Of a stretch of DNA of 64,000 nt, positions 1-12,623 are shown piece by piece. Within the stretch, counting starts at the first letter, position 1. Every line of letters begins with the position of its first letter. Source of the DNA: Enoplolaimus lenunculus (lineage: Eukaryota); contig JASANG010002125.1 of assembly GCA_030248215.1 (NCBI GenBank), forward strand, positions 62,001 through 126,000, given 5' to 3'. Below the pieces are notes generated by a model. It was not told the DNA's origin. It was given only the letters and a program-made list of their open reading frames with translations, and searched no databases. The translations under genes were made by a program, and so were the position numbers.

Positions 1-2176
1 TCAAACGTGCGACTAAGTCGAATTTGACTCATTGTGTGTAGTTTTGTAGAGCTCATTTCGGACAAAGTCAATTTGACTCACCATTTTTTTGCAGTGTATT
101 CCCTTTCTTGTATACGACCCTGAATCGCATTTAGTAAGCAATTGAATGATGATGTTCAAAAACAACAGCAATGTGTATGCATATTTAATCAAAACAGATT
201 TTGATAAATATTAAATGTTCAACTGGTATTTGTTATGGACTTAAATTTTATTGACATTTTAACGGTTCAAACATGTGGTGCCAATCAATACGAATATTTT
301 AAATCCCCAACAACGCTTGCGGTGAATTCAAAAAGTATATTTCAAAAACAACAGTCGTTAACTCGTGTTCTAGCAGATAGGCAAGCATTAAAATCTAAGG
401 CCCACACACACTTTTTTACTCAACAAATACAGCCACAAATATACCGTAAATACTAGGGAGGCGGAACTGGCAGCTGCAATTTATTCATGACGCAAAATAC
501 TCCAAATTATGTATGTGAACCAGGGTGTAAACGGGTAGTAAAAATAACGGAAACGGATATTGATCAGCATACCGCAGCAGAAAACACGGATATCCACGTA
601 TTAAAGTTTCAAAGTTGTCTTATTTTTCTGCAAATACAATTGCGCCATGCAATCTATTCAACGGTTTGTCTAAAATTTTAATGAACAAATTGCGAATGCA
701 CCAAAATTTATAAGATTTCCCATGAATTTCAGAAATTTTTACTTCATATCGAACAATAATTGCAGCATATCTGTAGCGAAAAACTGCGAGATATATACGT
801 GATTTATAACTCATTTTGAGCATAAAAATAACGAAGTTTCCAGTTTTTCCAAAACGAAAACGGACACTGATTTTTGCCGGTAACGTAAACGGATATCCGG
901 TAACACCATGATGTGAACTGCATTTGAAGTGCAGATAAAATTTCATAGTATTTATTCGACTCAGAACCTGGAGTGTGAGTCTGTCGAAACGTACATTGAG
1001 TTGTTGAGTTTTGGGGCGAATCCTGTTTGCTCCGAAAGAAACATGATATTAAGAGATTATTTTTAAAAATTCGAATTGGATTATTGGATCCACAAGCTCA
1101 GAGCCTCAATCGTTTCCAAAACCGGACCCTTTTCAAGTATGAAGCGCTTGAGAAAGGCACTGATATAACGAAATCACGGTACTTTGTCGCCTGGACAACT
1201 TGTAGACCGACATTTCGCAACCCTTTGTTGATCACCGTTAGGCTTAGTCTTGTGCTTTGCGTTCGGATTATGTACAGGTTTAGGTTAAGGTTTTACCAGC
1301 TGTCGTTCGACACGTTGTAGGACAATGAGTTGTTGACGGTCGAAATAAAACCTGTGTTGTTTACTCGATTTCATCAATCATGCATGATCCGATATCACAA
1401 CAACGATAAACCTGATATTATGGTTAATGTAACTTTACAGGACAATAAGCATATTCATAAGCGTAAGGCTCAACGTAAAGTTAAGCCTAAACCTTAATAG
1501 TCTAGGCGTAAGAGTATTAAGGCTAAACGTAATGCAAAAAATTAAGCTGAAGCTTAAGCTTATTCTAGTGTAGGTAGTCCCGCGGAAAAAATACCGTCCA
1601 TCAATGTATTAACATTGGGTTTTTATTATAATTCGGGCCATAATTCGTATCTTGCAGCGCCCGTTACTCACCTTATTTAGGTTTACACCAGACGAAACTA
1701 CAATGCATATAACATATTATATGTAGCAAATCACACCACCTGTTCTGTCAACCACCTCACTGTGTATAACGGTTTAAATGAAAAAAATTAAAGTCGAGAG
1801 CAAAACTTTTTGTTTTGCGCTATAATTCTTCCAATGCGCTTATTATTTTGCCAGCCACAGAAACAAGCTTCCGTGAGTAAATTTTTACCTCGAAACAAAT
1901 AAAATTCTATGGCAGGAGACCCGTGTTAACTTTTAAGGCATTGCCCTACAGTGTTAATAGATAAAAGCCGTGTGTACCCGTAGTTGTGAGATGTTGTAAA
2001 ACAGAAATGCTTGAATTGATGGCGTTTTAAAATATTTTTTGAAAGTTTTCCAGAGTCATTTATTATCTTCATCGGATTTATGTCAAGTTGGTTTGATATT
2101 TTTGTTGGCAAATTTTGACTACGACTGACCTAAGAACGGGCTTCGGCATCCCAACCCGGATGTAAAATTAAATTTT

Positions 2177-4779
2177 ATGCCAAGAACTGGTATACTACAA
2201 TTGTGCGTGGCTTGCATCTTTGTTCGCTCGCGAGCTCTTTTGACCATTAATATCTCACGGCGTTTCGTCAAGGTTAAGCACAGTCCTATTAAACCTTTGT
2301 GCAGTCACAAAAATTTGCAACACTGTAAGTATTTCAGAATATGCTTGCGTTTAATAAGCTTAAACCGAACGAGCGGTTTGCTATATATAGTTTGACCTAT
2401 TAGCAAAAGCCCGCAATCACGCTTTTTTTGGCAGAAAAGGAAAGAAAATTTCTGGTGGGTGGGGCGAAGTGAACCATATGAACACAGGTATCTTTTATTG
2501 TATGGACTATTTTTTGGCCAACATTGGAAACATTTTCTTTTCTGTACCTGGTTTTAACTGGTGCATATTTTATGGCACTCACAATTTCAGATCGATTTAT
2601 CTTATAAGCATTTCGCGTCATGTGGCCGAATTCGCTGTGGTTGCTAAATTTGTTATCAGTAATCGCTCAGATGGTACTGTTCAAATCTGTCTTCGGGGAA
2701 CCGTGTACCAACGATGGTAAGTTAGCTATTTTGAGAAAATTTTCACAAGCACAAGAAGAAAACTAGTACTTTTTTCTGTCGAAAATTCAACTATAATTTC
2801 ACTGTGCATAAGCGACAAACCTTGTAACTGAAATTTTGACTCAAAGCCACAATTTTGCTTTTTATGTTATCATTTAACTTTAAGTCATATTTCTGCAACC
2901 CGCAGCCAATATATTTAAGACTGGTGTAAAACAGAAGCCGAAGAGTTGCTGATTATTGATCTGTTCAAAGATTACAAAAATGTTGTTCGACCAAAGAACG
3001 ATCCAAACAACTCGGCAATCGATGTTGCGGTTGGACTTCAACTCACTCTGCTTGTTAATATTGTAAGTTTAAGAAAATTTTAGATATTTGCCAAAACGGT
3101 TACTTATATTCATCACGAATAGTGCACATCAACCCGCGAAATGGTTCGGACTATAGAATATTAACAAAAACTGGTTTGATTCAGCCAGATGTAATACAAG
3201 CGACCCAATAAAGTTTGAGGGACACTGGTATGAAGCAACAACCGCGGTGAACAGCAGCGCACAAAAATTAGCCAGTATTCTCAGATTTAGGTAAGTAGCA
3301 CCAATCATCAGTTGGGTAATAGATTTTGTAAATTTCGATTCAGCCAATGAAAAGTTTGAGAAATTTGGCGAATTGGTTGCAATTGGTTGACGCACTTGTG
3401 AGCCAAGTTTGAATTCCATTGCTGCGAGAGTATGCTTGTATGGTGCTATACACATTTGGTGATAATATGGTCATATGATTTGAAAGTAGCAATATTGGAT
3501 TAATTTTATCAAGAGTGAATGATCACTCTTTAACAAAAGTATGCAACTATCGAAATTTGGGCCCATGTTACTTTTAGAGACGTCCAGGTTTCTGGTGAGT
3601 CTACAAAAGAGTAGGTTTAGATTCTAGATTACATTTTTTGCTTAGGCTTAGGCTTAGATTTAGGCTTAGACTTAGGCTTAGGCATAGGAACACACTGTTG
3701 CAATGCATAGGCTAAGAGCTTAAACCTAGTCCTGATTGAACTCAGATCATATAATATTTCAATCTGTTATATTGTTAACGCTGTAGCAGATTGAAGCAAC
3801 CAAATTTAACAATAAGTACACAAATATACAGATGAAATGCTAATCTTATGCAAAAGCCTAAGACAAGACTATCAGAGCTGACGCCACAGCCTAAGGCTAA
3901 GCTTTATCCAACGTTTATCCTAAGTTAAAGCCCACATAATTAAGAAAAAACAAACTTCTTATCAAGGTAAATAAGGTTCGTATTTGCTTTTAAAGAGGCG
4001 AATACTATTCCAGGACGAGCGAAATCAAATAATGCATACGAATGTCTGGATACCAATGGTAAGGTTTTATTTAATACACAAAGTTGCATTTGGTTAATAT
4101 TGAATGCAGTGTGCAAAACGAATAGCGAAAATAACCAATATGAATATCAGGAACGTATTCAAAGGGAAAGATTGAACGAATATATCTCCGGCCAAAGGTT
4201 CTAAAGTAACGGAAAATAGTACTTTTAATAGTCTCTGGAGTCACCGGTTTGGGGTTTAGAGATGGGTCAAAAATGATTTCCTTAAATATACATGAAGTTA
4301 TACGGTTTCGAACTGAAAACGTTTTTATGCCACTGACAGATATCCGCTTATAAGTACCCCGGACAAATATCCGCTTATAAGTACCCTGGTTGCTTGTGAT
4401 CGGTTGTTTTGATGGCTGTTTGGTGGGGTGTTTTTTACAAACAACAAATCGAAAACGTTTTAGGTAAAACGGTTTGTATATAACCGATATCGGTAATTTT
4501 AGTTTTAGTATGCAAATTTCAACGAATTTGTCCGCAAGTTAGCTAAGTTTAGTTTTTGAGTCTAATAATGAACGTATTTGCGTCTAAAACATTTTCCGCG
4601 TTATAAGTTCAAATATCGCTGTGAATAAACGTTAAGCACAACTTTCCAGTTTAAACATTTAAAATTTAGTTATAACGTTTTTCCGAATATGTTGGAAATA
4701 CTGAATGCGTAGTGGCTAGTAAGTTGAAGATTTGGATTATTAAGGTTATTATTATTCTTGTTATTATTATTATTATTTC

Positions 4780-4822
<43 letters not shown>

Positions 4823-7800
4823 TTTAGTCGTGGCAAGATGATCAATTACGATGGAAGCCATCATTGTACGGCAACATAACAACATTGGTTCTTCCACCGG
4901 ACAAAGTTTGGGTTCCTGATATTGTGTTATTCAACAAGTAAAATTACTGACTTAAAAGAATTATGAAAAAATTATGTACAAACTTATGTGAAAGAGGTAT
5001 TACAGATGTTTCAGATAGGAAACTGCGTTCCGCTTGTTCTGCTCTGTACCCAAAAGTTGTAAATATTAAAGGCGACAAGAATAGGTTCCTTGATTCTCCA
5101 AACAAAATCTTGCTAGCAACTATATATTATGCTTTTGTGTCAGAAAATTTTTTAGGTCAAAGTAGTGGGAAAAATCATTGGTTAGGGTGGTGCACAAAAA
5201 GGCGTTGGGGAGTGAACTCATCGAGCCCGTAGACAGAAAAATTTTGCACCGGCCCCCGGAAAAATTTTGCGTCCCTCGTAGAAAATTTTCAACCTTGCTT
5301 GTTAAGTCATTTAAAATCATTTCATTCTCCGTTCTTAAAATTTTTTAGCCTCCCATAGCAAGGTGAGCTAGCTACGGGCCTGGACCTCATTGCATTGTAT
5401 AGCTGCAATTATGTAAATTGTTTCAGCGCAGATGGTCAGTATGAAGCGAATTATTTTTCGAACGTTTTGATCAAAAACGACGGTTACGTCCTGTGGATCC
5501 CACCAGCGATCTACAAGAGTTCGTGTCGAATGGACGTCGAATTTTTCCCGTTCGATCGGCAACGATGTCAAATGATAATGGGATCGTGGACGTATAATCG
5601 AAGTGAAGTAAGCGTTCCTCGTTTTATCCATTGGATCTTCGGCATCTGTTTAATATGGAATCCTGTGAAAAATGCCAATCGCTTAAAAGGCGTTTAATTA
5701 ATATTAATGGTTACCTACGCTAGCCATTCATTTCAGAGTTTCTCCACTTTAAAAAAGCATTTCGAAAGAGGATTTTTGAAACAAGAATGCCATATATAGT
5801 GTTTTTTGCCAGAATTAAGTTAATGGATTGTGATCACTCTATACTACTGCGAAGTGTAAACCAAACCCTAATCAGAGAGACAAACTTAACTAAAAGTCAA
5901 GCATTACAAGTTAGCTTATATATACTTTAGCTTTTGGTCTAAACCTTAATTTGTATTCAAAATAAAAACCAAGCCTAATCATGAGCCTAAACCCAGGGCT
6001 GAGCTCGTAGAATCGGGTCCGTAGCCAAGCGGGGACCAAGCGGGCTCAGCCACCGTGGAAAAAAATTGTCTTCCCCCCTACAAAATTTTCAACCTTGCTT
6101 GTAAGTGAACGAAAACGCTTGTATGCCCCTCCTGAAAAAAATTTAGCCACCCCCCTCCCTAGCAAGGTGAGTTGGTAACGGGACTCACTGCAACAAACGG
6201 TGAGTGAAATTGACTCTCTCCGAAATAGGCTTTTCCTGACCACGCAAACTGAGTCAAAATTCCACTCCGCCTGAGTGAAATTTGACTCAATTTGACTCTA
6301 ACGGAGTCGAATTTTGACTCAGTTTGAGGAAAACCCTATTTCAGAGACAGTCTATTTGACTCACCATTTTTGCAGTGTACTGAGACTGTGCATAACCAAT
6401 TAAAGCCAAAGCTCAAATTCAATTTAAACAAATCAAACTAATTTCAATTAAAACAGGTCAAACTCAGTCTCAAATCGCACGGAGTCGACTTGTCCGAATT
6501 CAAACGCAGCGCAATCTGGGATTTAATCGACTGTCCAGTTTCACTGAACGCAAACGAAGATCGAATTATCATTGAAATTGTACTCAAGCGTCAAGCGTTG
6601 TTTTATTCATGGGTTATGCTTATTCCGTCGGTAATTTTTGCGCTGATCAGTTGCATGGTATTTTATTTGCCGACAGAATCACACGAAAAAATCGGTCTTG
6701 CCATTTACGTTTTACTATCGATTGATTTTTTCCTTGTCATGGTGTCGAAGGTTCTGCCAACCACTTCGCTCAGCGTTCCGATGGTCGCAAAATATCAAGT
6801 GCTTACCATGGGATTAAACATTTTAACGATTTTAGTTGAAGTTGTCGTCATCAATGTTTATTATCGCGAACCAGACCGCTATATGATGAGTAAATCGTTG
6901 CGATGGTTTTTGTTAGATTTGACGGCAAAATTGCTATGTATGAGTCGACCGAAACGTAAAACTATTGATAAATTCGTCAATCAAAAATGGGCGCAGAAGT
7001 TAGCGTTGATACATGCGGCTAAAGGTACCGTTTCAAAAAACACGTCTTAAAAATTTCAAAAATTTTGTTGATATGAAATAAAACTTTGAGTGGATACCTG
7101 GTTATCACGTGGAATGGGCTTTTTTTCAACTGAAATTTGACTGTAAATCTGAACACGAATTGTTCTTGCAAAGTATTGATGTCAGAACTTGTAGTGTTCA
7201 GCTATAATATAGCAACAATCAGTTCACTATAGTCAATCGTTCTATTTATAACTCTTGTATACTTCTCTTCTGATGTTAAGCCTAATGTTAAGCCTAAGCC
7301 TAAGCCTAAGCCTAAGCCAAGCAAAAAAATTAGTCGAAAGCTTAAGCTTACTCTATTGCAGTGCCGTAGAAAAACGTTCCGTCCCTGATCTTTACATGAG
7401 AACAGAAAATGAAGATTTCACAGCAAAAATCCTAAGGTTACAAATTATTAATATTGCATTTGGTTTCTCGTTCGCTTCGTTAGCGATGTTTTTCCACACC
7501 GTTATATTTTGTGCTCCGGCGTGTGTGGTCTCCGTTGTTTTTGGATCGGATACCAGACCGCGCTCGTAGCTAAATTCACTAACATTCATAACTTTTTGTG
7601 TTTCAGTTATATCAGTCGCAGCTGCGTTTCGAGCCCCGCCGTTTGTTGCCAATTCAAGTATCGAAAGCAACGTTAACCCTGGCGGTATAGGCGAATGGCC
7701 GCAGTCGTCTGAGGACCGCGACCTACCGAAGTTCCAAAACGCAAGTCCCCGGCCTCAGCATCAACATCACCCTCGTTGTCCATATGCGTCCAGTGAACAC

Positions 7801-10800
7801 TTGAAACAACAACAATCAAATGTTTCATTGCGCAAAGGTAAGTAGCTTTAATTTTTAAGATAAGCAGTAAGCTATTAATTGTTCAATTCCACTGTAAATT
7901 CCAGTGAGTTGATTTTAACTCAGAGTGAGCTGAATCTAGCCAGAAACCTGAGCTATGAATTAGGTCTTTCAGAACTCTGAATTGTGAATTGATTGAACTC
8001 GTTCTGAGTTAATTAATCAACTTAATCTTAATTAAATCAGCTCAGAGCGAGTTGATGATGATTCCTGCTTATTAACTCAGAAATAACCTAAAACAACTAA
8101 ATTCGCTATCTGAGTTGAATAATCAACTCATCGAATTTTAGAGTGTACCATTAGTGTTTTGTTGCGGACTGAGGAATTAGGTAATTGGAGGAAAATCGGA
8201 CCGGTACTGATAAATAGATATGACCATTTGATTCTCATGATAACCTCGATAAAACCGTTAACGATCAATTAGTTTTGGCCAATATCCACTTTGCAGAAAT
8301 ATATTCAGATTGCAACGGACGCGTACCCCTGTTTTCTTTTTCGCTACGCACGCCCTTGTTAAATGTTCTGTATGAGTTTGCGTTGCAATGACCTTTCATG
8401 TAAGCTTCAATTATTGTTGTTATATAATTCGGTTAAATAACAGCAGATGTCAAACATTTCTTGGATGTTCGGACTTCGCATTCCTCTTCTATTTTTAGCT
8501 TAGGCTTAGGCTTAGGCTTAGGCTTAGGGTTAAGCTTTGGTTTTGGCTTTGGTTTAGGCTTAGGCTTAGGCTTAGGCTTAGGTTCAATTAAAAGATACTC
8601 CTTACGCTGATGAGTAAGCCTGGGCTTAAAAATTTGCACCATACTATTGGTACGGCGCTCAGCTTTAATGATCCGAGTTCCTTAATGTACTGACGCTATT
8701 GAAATCTAAATTATATTTTGGTAAAATAGTTTTCAGATCTTGTTTCAAACAGCGTACGAAGCTTAACGAGTGTCAAATCAGGAAGCGGAACGGTTCGTGT
8801 GCCTACTGTCATTTGTGGAGTCTGCAAAAACGTTCAATTTATTACGAATCACATGAAAGATAATGAAGAAACAAATAAGGTACATTGTTGTGCTTTATGG
8901 TTGTTTAGTTTGTTTTTTATTTGTTTGTTTGTTTGCTTGCTTGTTTGTTTGTTTGTTTGCTTGTTTGTTTGTTTGTTTGTTTGTTTTTCATTTGTTCGTT
9001 TGTTTGTGTCTGTGTTTATTTCTTGGTTCTTCGTTTGTTTATTGATTTGTTCGTTTGTTTATTTGTATGTATGTTTGTTCGTCTGTTTGTTCTCTTGTTT
9101 CTTGGTCGGTTGGTTTATTTCATTGCGTTCAATGCAAAAATTTAAACTTTTGTGATAAAATATATATTTCAATCAGCGTCTGGCTGAAAACTGAAGTGTT
9201 TATGCGTCGAACGCCGTATAAACGCTAATTATTTGACAAGAACCAAAATAGAAAATGAAATTCTGTGAACTTGAAACCAATTTGGAAGAATATGATCCCC
9301 CCAAGGCAAAATCTTGGCGACGCCTGTGGTGGAGGGCTACTGTATTAGGATTGAGGGCCGGCGTACAAGATAGGGACTTATGATTTTAGGATAGAAGATT
9401 TATACCTGGAGGCCGGCGTACAAGATAGAGACTTATGATTTTAGGATAGAAGATTTATACCTGGAGGCCGGCGTACAAGATAGAGACTTATGATTTTAGG
9501 ATAGAAGATTTATACCTGGAGGCCGGCGTACAAGATAGAGACTTATGATTTTAGGATAGAAGATTTATACCTGGAGGCCGGCGTACAAGATAGAGACTTA
9601 TGATTTTAGGATAGAAGATTTATACCTGGGGGCCGGCGTACAAGATAGGGACTTATGATTTTAGGATAGAAGATTTATACCTGGAGGCCGGCGTACAAGA
9701 TAGAGACTTATGATTTTAGGATAGAAGATTTATACCTGGAGGCCGGCGTACAAGATAGAGACTTATGATTTTAGGATAGAAGATTTATACCTGGAGGCCG
9801 GCGTACAAGATAGAGACTTATGATTTTAGGATAGAAGATTTATACCTGGGGGCCGGCGTACAAGATAGGGACTTATGATTTTAGGATAGAAGATTTATAC
9901 CTGGAGGCCGGCGTACAAGATAGAGACTTATGATTTTAGGATAGAAGATTTATACCTGGGGGCCGGCGTACAAGATAGGGACTTATGATTTTAGGATAGA
10001 AGATTTATACCTGGAGGCCGGCGTACAAGATAGAGACTTATGATTTTAGGATAGAAGATTTATACCTGGAGGCCGGCGTACAAGATAGAGACTTATGATT
10101 TTAGGATAGAAGATTTATACCTGGAGGCCGGCGTACAAGATAGAGACTTATGATTTTAGGATAGAAGATTTATACCTGGGGGCCGGCGTACAAGATAGGG
10201 ACTTATGATTTTAGGATAGAAGATTTATACCTGGAGGCCGGCGTACAAGATAGAGACTTATGATTTTAGGATAGAAGATTTATACCTGGTGGCCGGCGTA
10301 CAAGATAGTGACTTATGATTTTAGGATAGAAGATTTATACCTGGGGGCCGGCTACAAGATAGGCTTATGATTTTAGTAGAAGATTTATAGCCGGACTTAT
10401 GATTTTAGGATAGAAGATTTATACCTGGAGGCCGGCGTACAAGATAGAGACTTATGATTTTAGGATAGAAGATTTATACCTGGAGGCCGGCGTACAAGAT
10501 AGAGACTTATGATTTTAGGATAGAAGATTTATACCTGGAGGCCGGCGTACAAGATAGAGACTTATGATTTTAGGATAGAAGATTTATACCTGGGGGCCGG
10601 CGTACAAGATAGGGACTTATGATTTTAGGATAGAAGATTTATACCTGGAGGCCGGCGTACAAGATAGAGACTTATGATTTTAGGATAGAAGATTTATACC
10701 TGGAGGCCGGCGTACAAGATAGAGACTTATGATTTTAGGATAGAAGATTTATACCTGGGGGCCGGCGTACAAGATAGGGACTTATGATTTTAGGATAGAA

Positions 10801-11480
10801 GATTTATACCTGGAGGCCGGCGTACAAGATAGAGACTTATGATTTTAGGATAGAAGATTTATACCTGGAGGCCGGCGTACAAGATAGGGACTTATGATTT
10901 TAGGATAGAAGATTTATACCTGGAGGCCGGCGTACAAGATAGAGACTTATGATTTTAGGATAGAAGATTTATACCTGGAGGCCGGCGTACAAGATAGAGA
11001 CTTATGATTTTAGGATAGAAGATTTATACCTGGAGGCCGGCGTACAAGATAGGGACTTATGATTTTAGGATAGAAGATTTATACCTGGAGGCCGGCGTAC
11101 AAGATAGAGACTTATGATTTTAGGATAGAAGATTTATACCTGGGGGCCGGCGTACAAGATAGAGACTTATGATTTTAGGATAGAAGATTTATACCTGGGG
11201 GCCGGCGTACAAGATAGGGACTTATGATTTTAGGATACGAGATTTATACCTGGGTTACCGGCGTTTTAAAATCTAATTTTTAAACATAAACTTTTTGCAG
11301 GTTACAGACGACTGGAAATACGCCGCGATGGTGCTGGATCGTTTATTTTTGTATATATTTTTTGGCGTCACCCTCGCAGGAACAATCGGAATTATATTTA
11401 GCACAAACGTTTTCGAAATGGTTATGTTCGATCAACTCAAACATATTAAAAAATTAAAAAATAAATATCCGACATTGTAA
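2177..11480 (+). CDS. Nicotinic acetylcholine receptor non-alpha subunit, UNC-29/ACR-2/LEV-1 group-like (9 exons, about 582 aa)
   Basis: Exons 2177-2324, 2920-3062, 4014-4058, 4828-4937, 5427-5607, 6457-7024, 7607-7837, 8737-8879 and 11301-11480 are all GT-AG and phase-consistent (1749 nt). Motifs: [44 protein letters not shown], Cys-loop [16 protein letters not shown]1-M3 (KRQALFY...[13 protein letters not shown]), HHPRC in the intracellular loop, M4 [15 protein letters not shown]. There is no vicinal CC in loop C, so it is non-alpha. Exon 1 is the least certain. Confidence 0.93.
4745..4822 (+). repeat. (ATT)n microsatellite abutting the nAChR exon-4 acceptor
   Basis: Read directly from the sequence. 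Confidence 0.95.
6186..6377. mobile_element. CACTGCAAAAA-TIR MITE with GAGTCAAA/TTTGACTC internal motifs
   Basis: CACTGCAACAAACGGTGAGT ... ACTCACCATTTTTGCAGTG. Other copies lie at 1-96 (partial) and 42165-42337 (flanked by TA). Confidence 0.7.
8497..8585 (+). repeat. Interstitial telomere-type (TTAGGC)n tract
   Basis: About 14 perfect or degenerate hexamers with no flanking TIR. Confidence 0.9.
8900..9120 (+). repeat. (TTTG)n degenerate microsatellite
   Basis: Read directly; it is the source of the spurious FVCL ORFs. Confidence 0.92.
9356..11254 (+). repeat. 55-bp minisatellite, about 34 near-identical copies, in the last nAChR intron
   Basis: Unit GGCCGGCGTACAAGATAGAGACTTATGATTTTAGGATAGAAGATTTATACCTGGA. 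The period is 55 (units at 9411, 9466, 9521). One deleted stretch lies near 10345-10395. Confidence 0.97.
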
Positions 11481-12293
11481 AATGAACGATGAAAACACTT
11501 TATCACTCAAACATGTAAGAGGGGTGCCAAGTTTGAAGCTGAATCAATAGGAGTCGATATCCATTAAAATCCGTAAATGGATAGTCAACTAATTTTTAAT
11601 TAGAGTTCATAAATGTCAATTATTTTTAATTTGAGAACCTGAATTGTATACGTAAGCTCCTCGACCAAAATGTTTTAGCATTAATTCAGAGAAGAACGTA
11701 TTGCAACTTTGGTAGTATATTCTTAACTACTATCGGTTAAGGTGCAGCGGAGTATCCAGAAACTTTTGACGGGAGCGGGCTGGCAGAAGTCACGAAACAA
11801 CGCTTACTGTATGCTTTATATGTGCCAAGTTTCTGAGGTGGAAAATTGTAAAATAGCAATCTTGCTATTCTCTCACAAAAAATTTCTGTCGAGGGGCGTA
11901 TGCCCCACTGGATCCGTTAGTAGTGCAGTAAAAATACCTCGGCGGTTTAGTTTAAAAATAAATAACAATCAGTGACCGAATAGTATAAGATACTCCGTTC
12001 TGAGGCAAAATACATATCATTTCCCTTATTCGGGTTTCTACAGTATATAATCGGATTATGTCGCATAAAAATTAACTAAAGTTGTCATTTGTTCTCACAT
12101 GTGTACATTTGACTCAAAAATATATTTTGCATCCTGTATGAGCCATTAAACCACTTCAAATGAATCAGTATTTTAACAGATGCAAGCAAATAAAACCCTC
12201 TCTGAATAAAGCCAGCCGCCCTTTACGGACAAGATTTATTTCCACAACACTCGTCGTTTAATTGTACAGTGTCTATGCTGTGTTTGAAATTTG

Positions 12294-12564
12294 GACCCAT
12301 GTAACCATCAGGGGCGGAACGTTTTTCTGTGGGACTAGAAAAGAGCAAGGTTTAAGCTTTGGACTAATTTTTTTGCTTGGCGTAGGCTTAGGTTTAAGCT
12401 TAGGCTTAGAAATATATGTTTATTCTTACGCTTAGGCTTACATTTAGGCTTAGGTCTGGCTTAGAAATATGTTCATTCTTACGCTTAGGCGTACGCTTAG
12501 GCTTAGGCTTACGGTTAAAAATATGCTTGTAATACTGTTCCGCCCCTGTTCTTTTACATTGGCC
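12294..12564. mobile_element. TTAGGC-carrying MITE (Merlin-like), subfamily B
   Basis: TIRs GACCCATGTAACCATCAGGGGCGGAAC / GTTCCGCCCCTGTTCTTTTACATTGGCC; perfect 8-bp TSD GAAATTTG; internal TTAGGC tracts. Confidence 0.85.
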
Positions 12565-12623
12565 GAAATTTGTATATTAGTGCGTGCAAGTAAACAAGCA
12601 GTCCAGTTGTCTAAAAATGAGTT

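Noticed and set aside
8497..8585. True chromosome end
   Set aside because: The tract is short, degenerate, and inside an intron with coding exons on both sides.
8433..9155. PKPKPK and FVCLFVCL ORFs
   Set aside because: These are translations of TTAGGC and TTTG repeats. Only 8737-8879 is a real exon.
9356..11254. CRISPR array
   Set aside because: The units are contiguous and near-identical with no unique spacers. The context is a eukaryotic intron with no cas genes.
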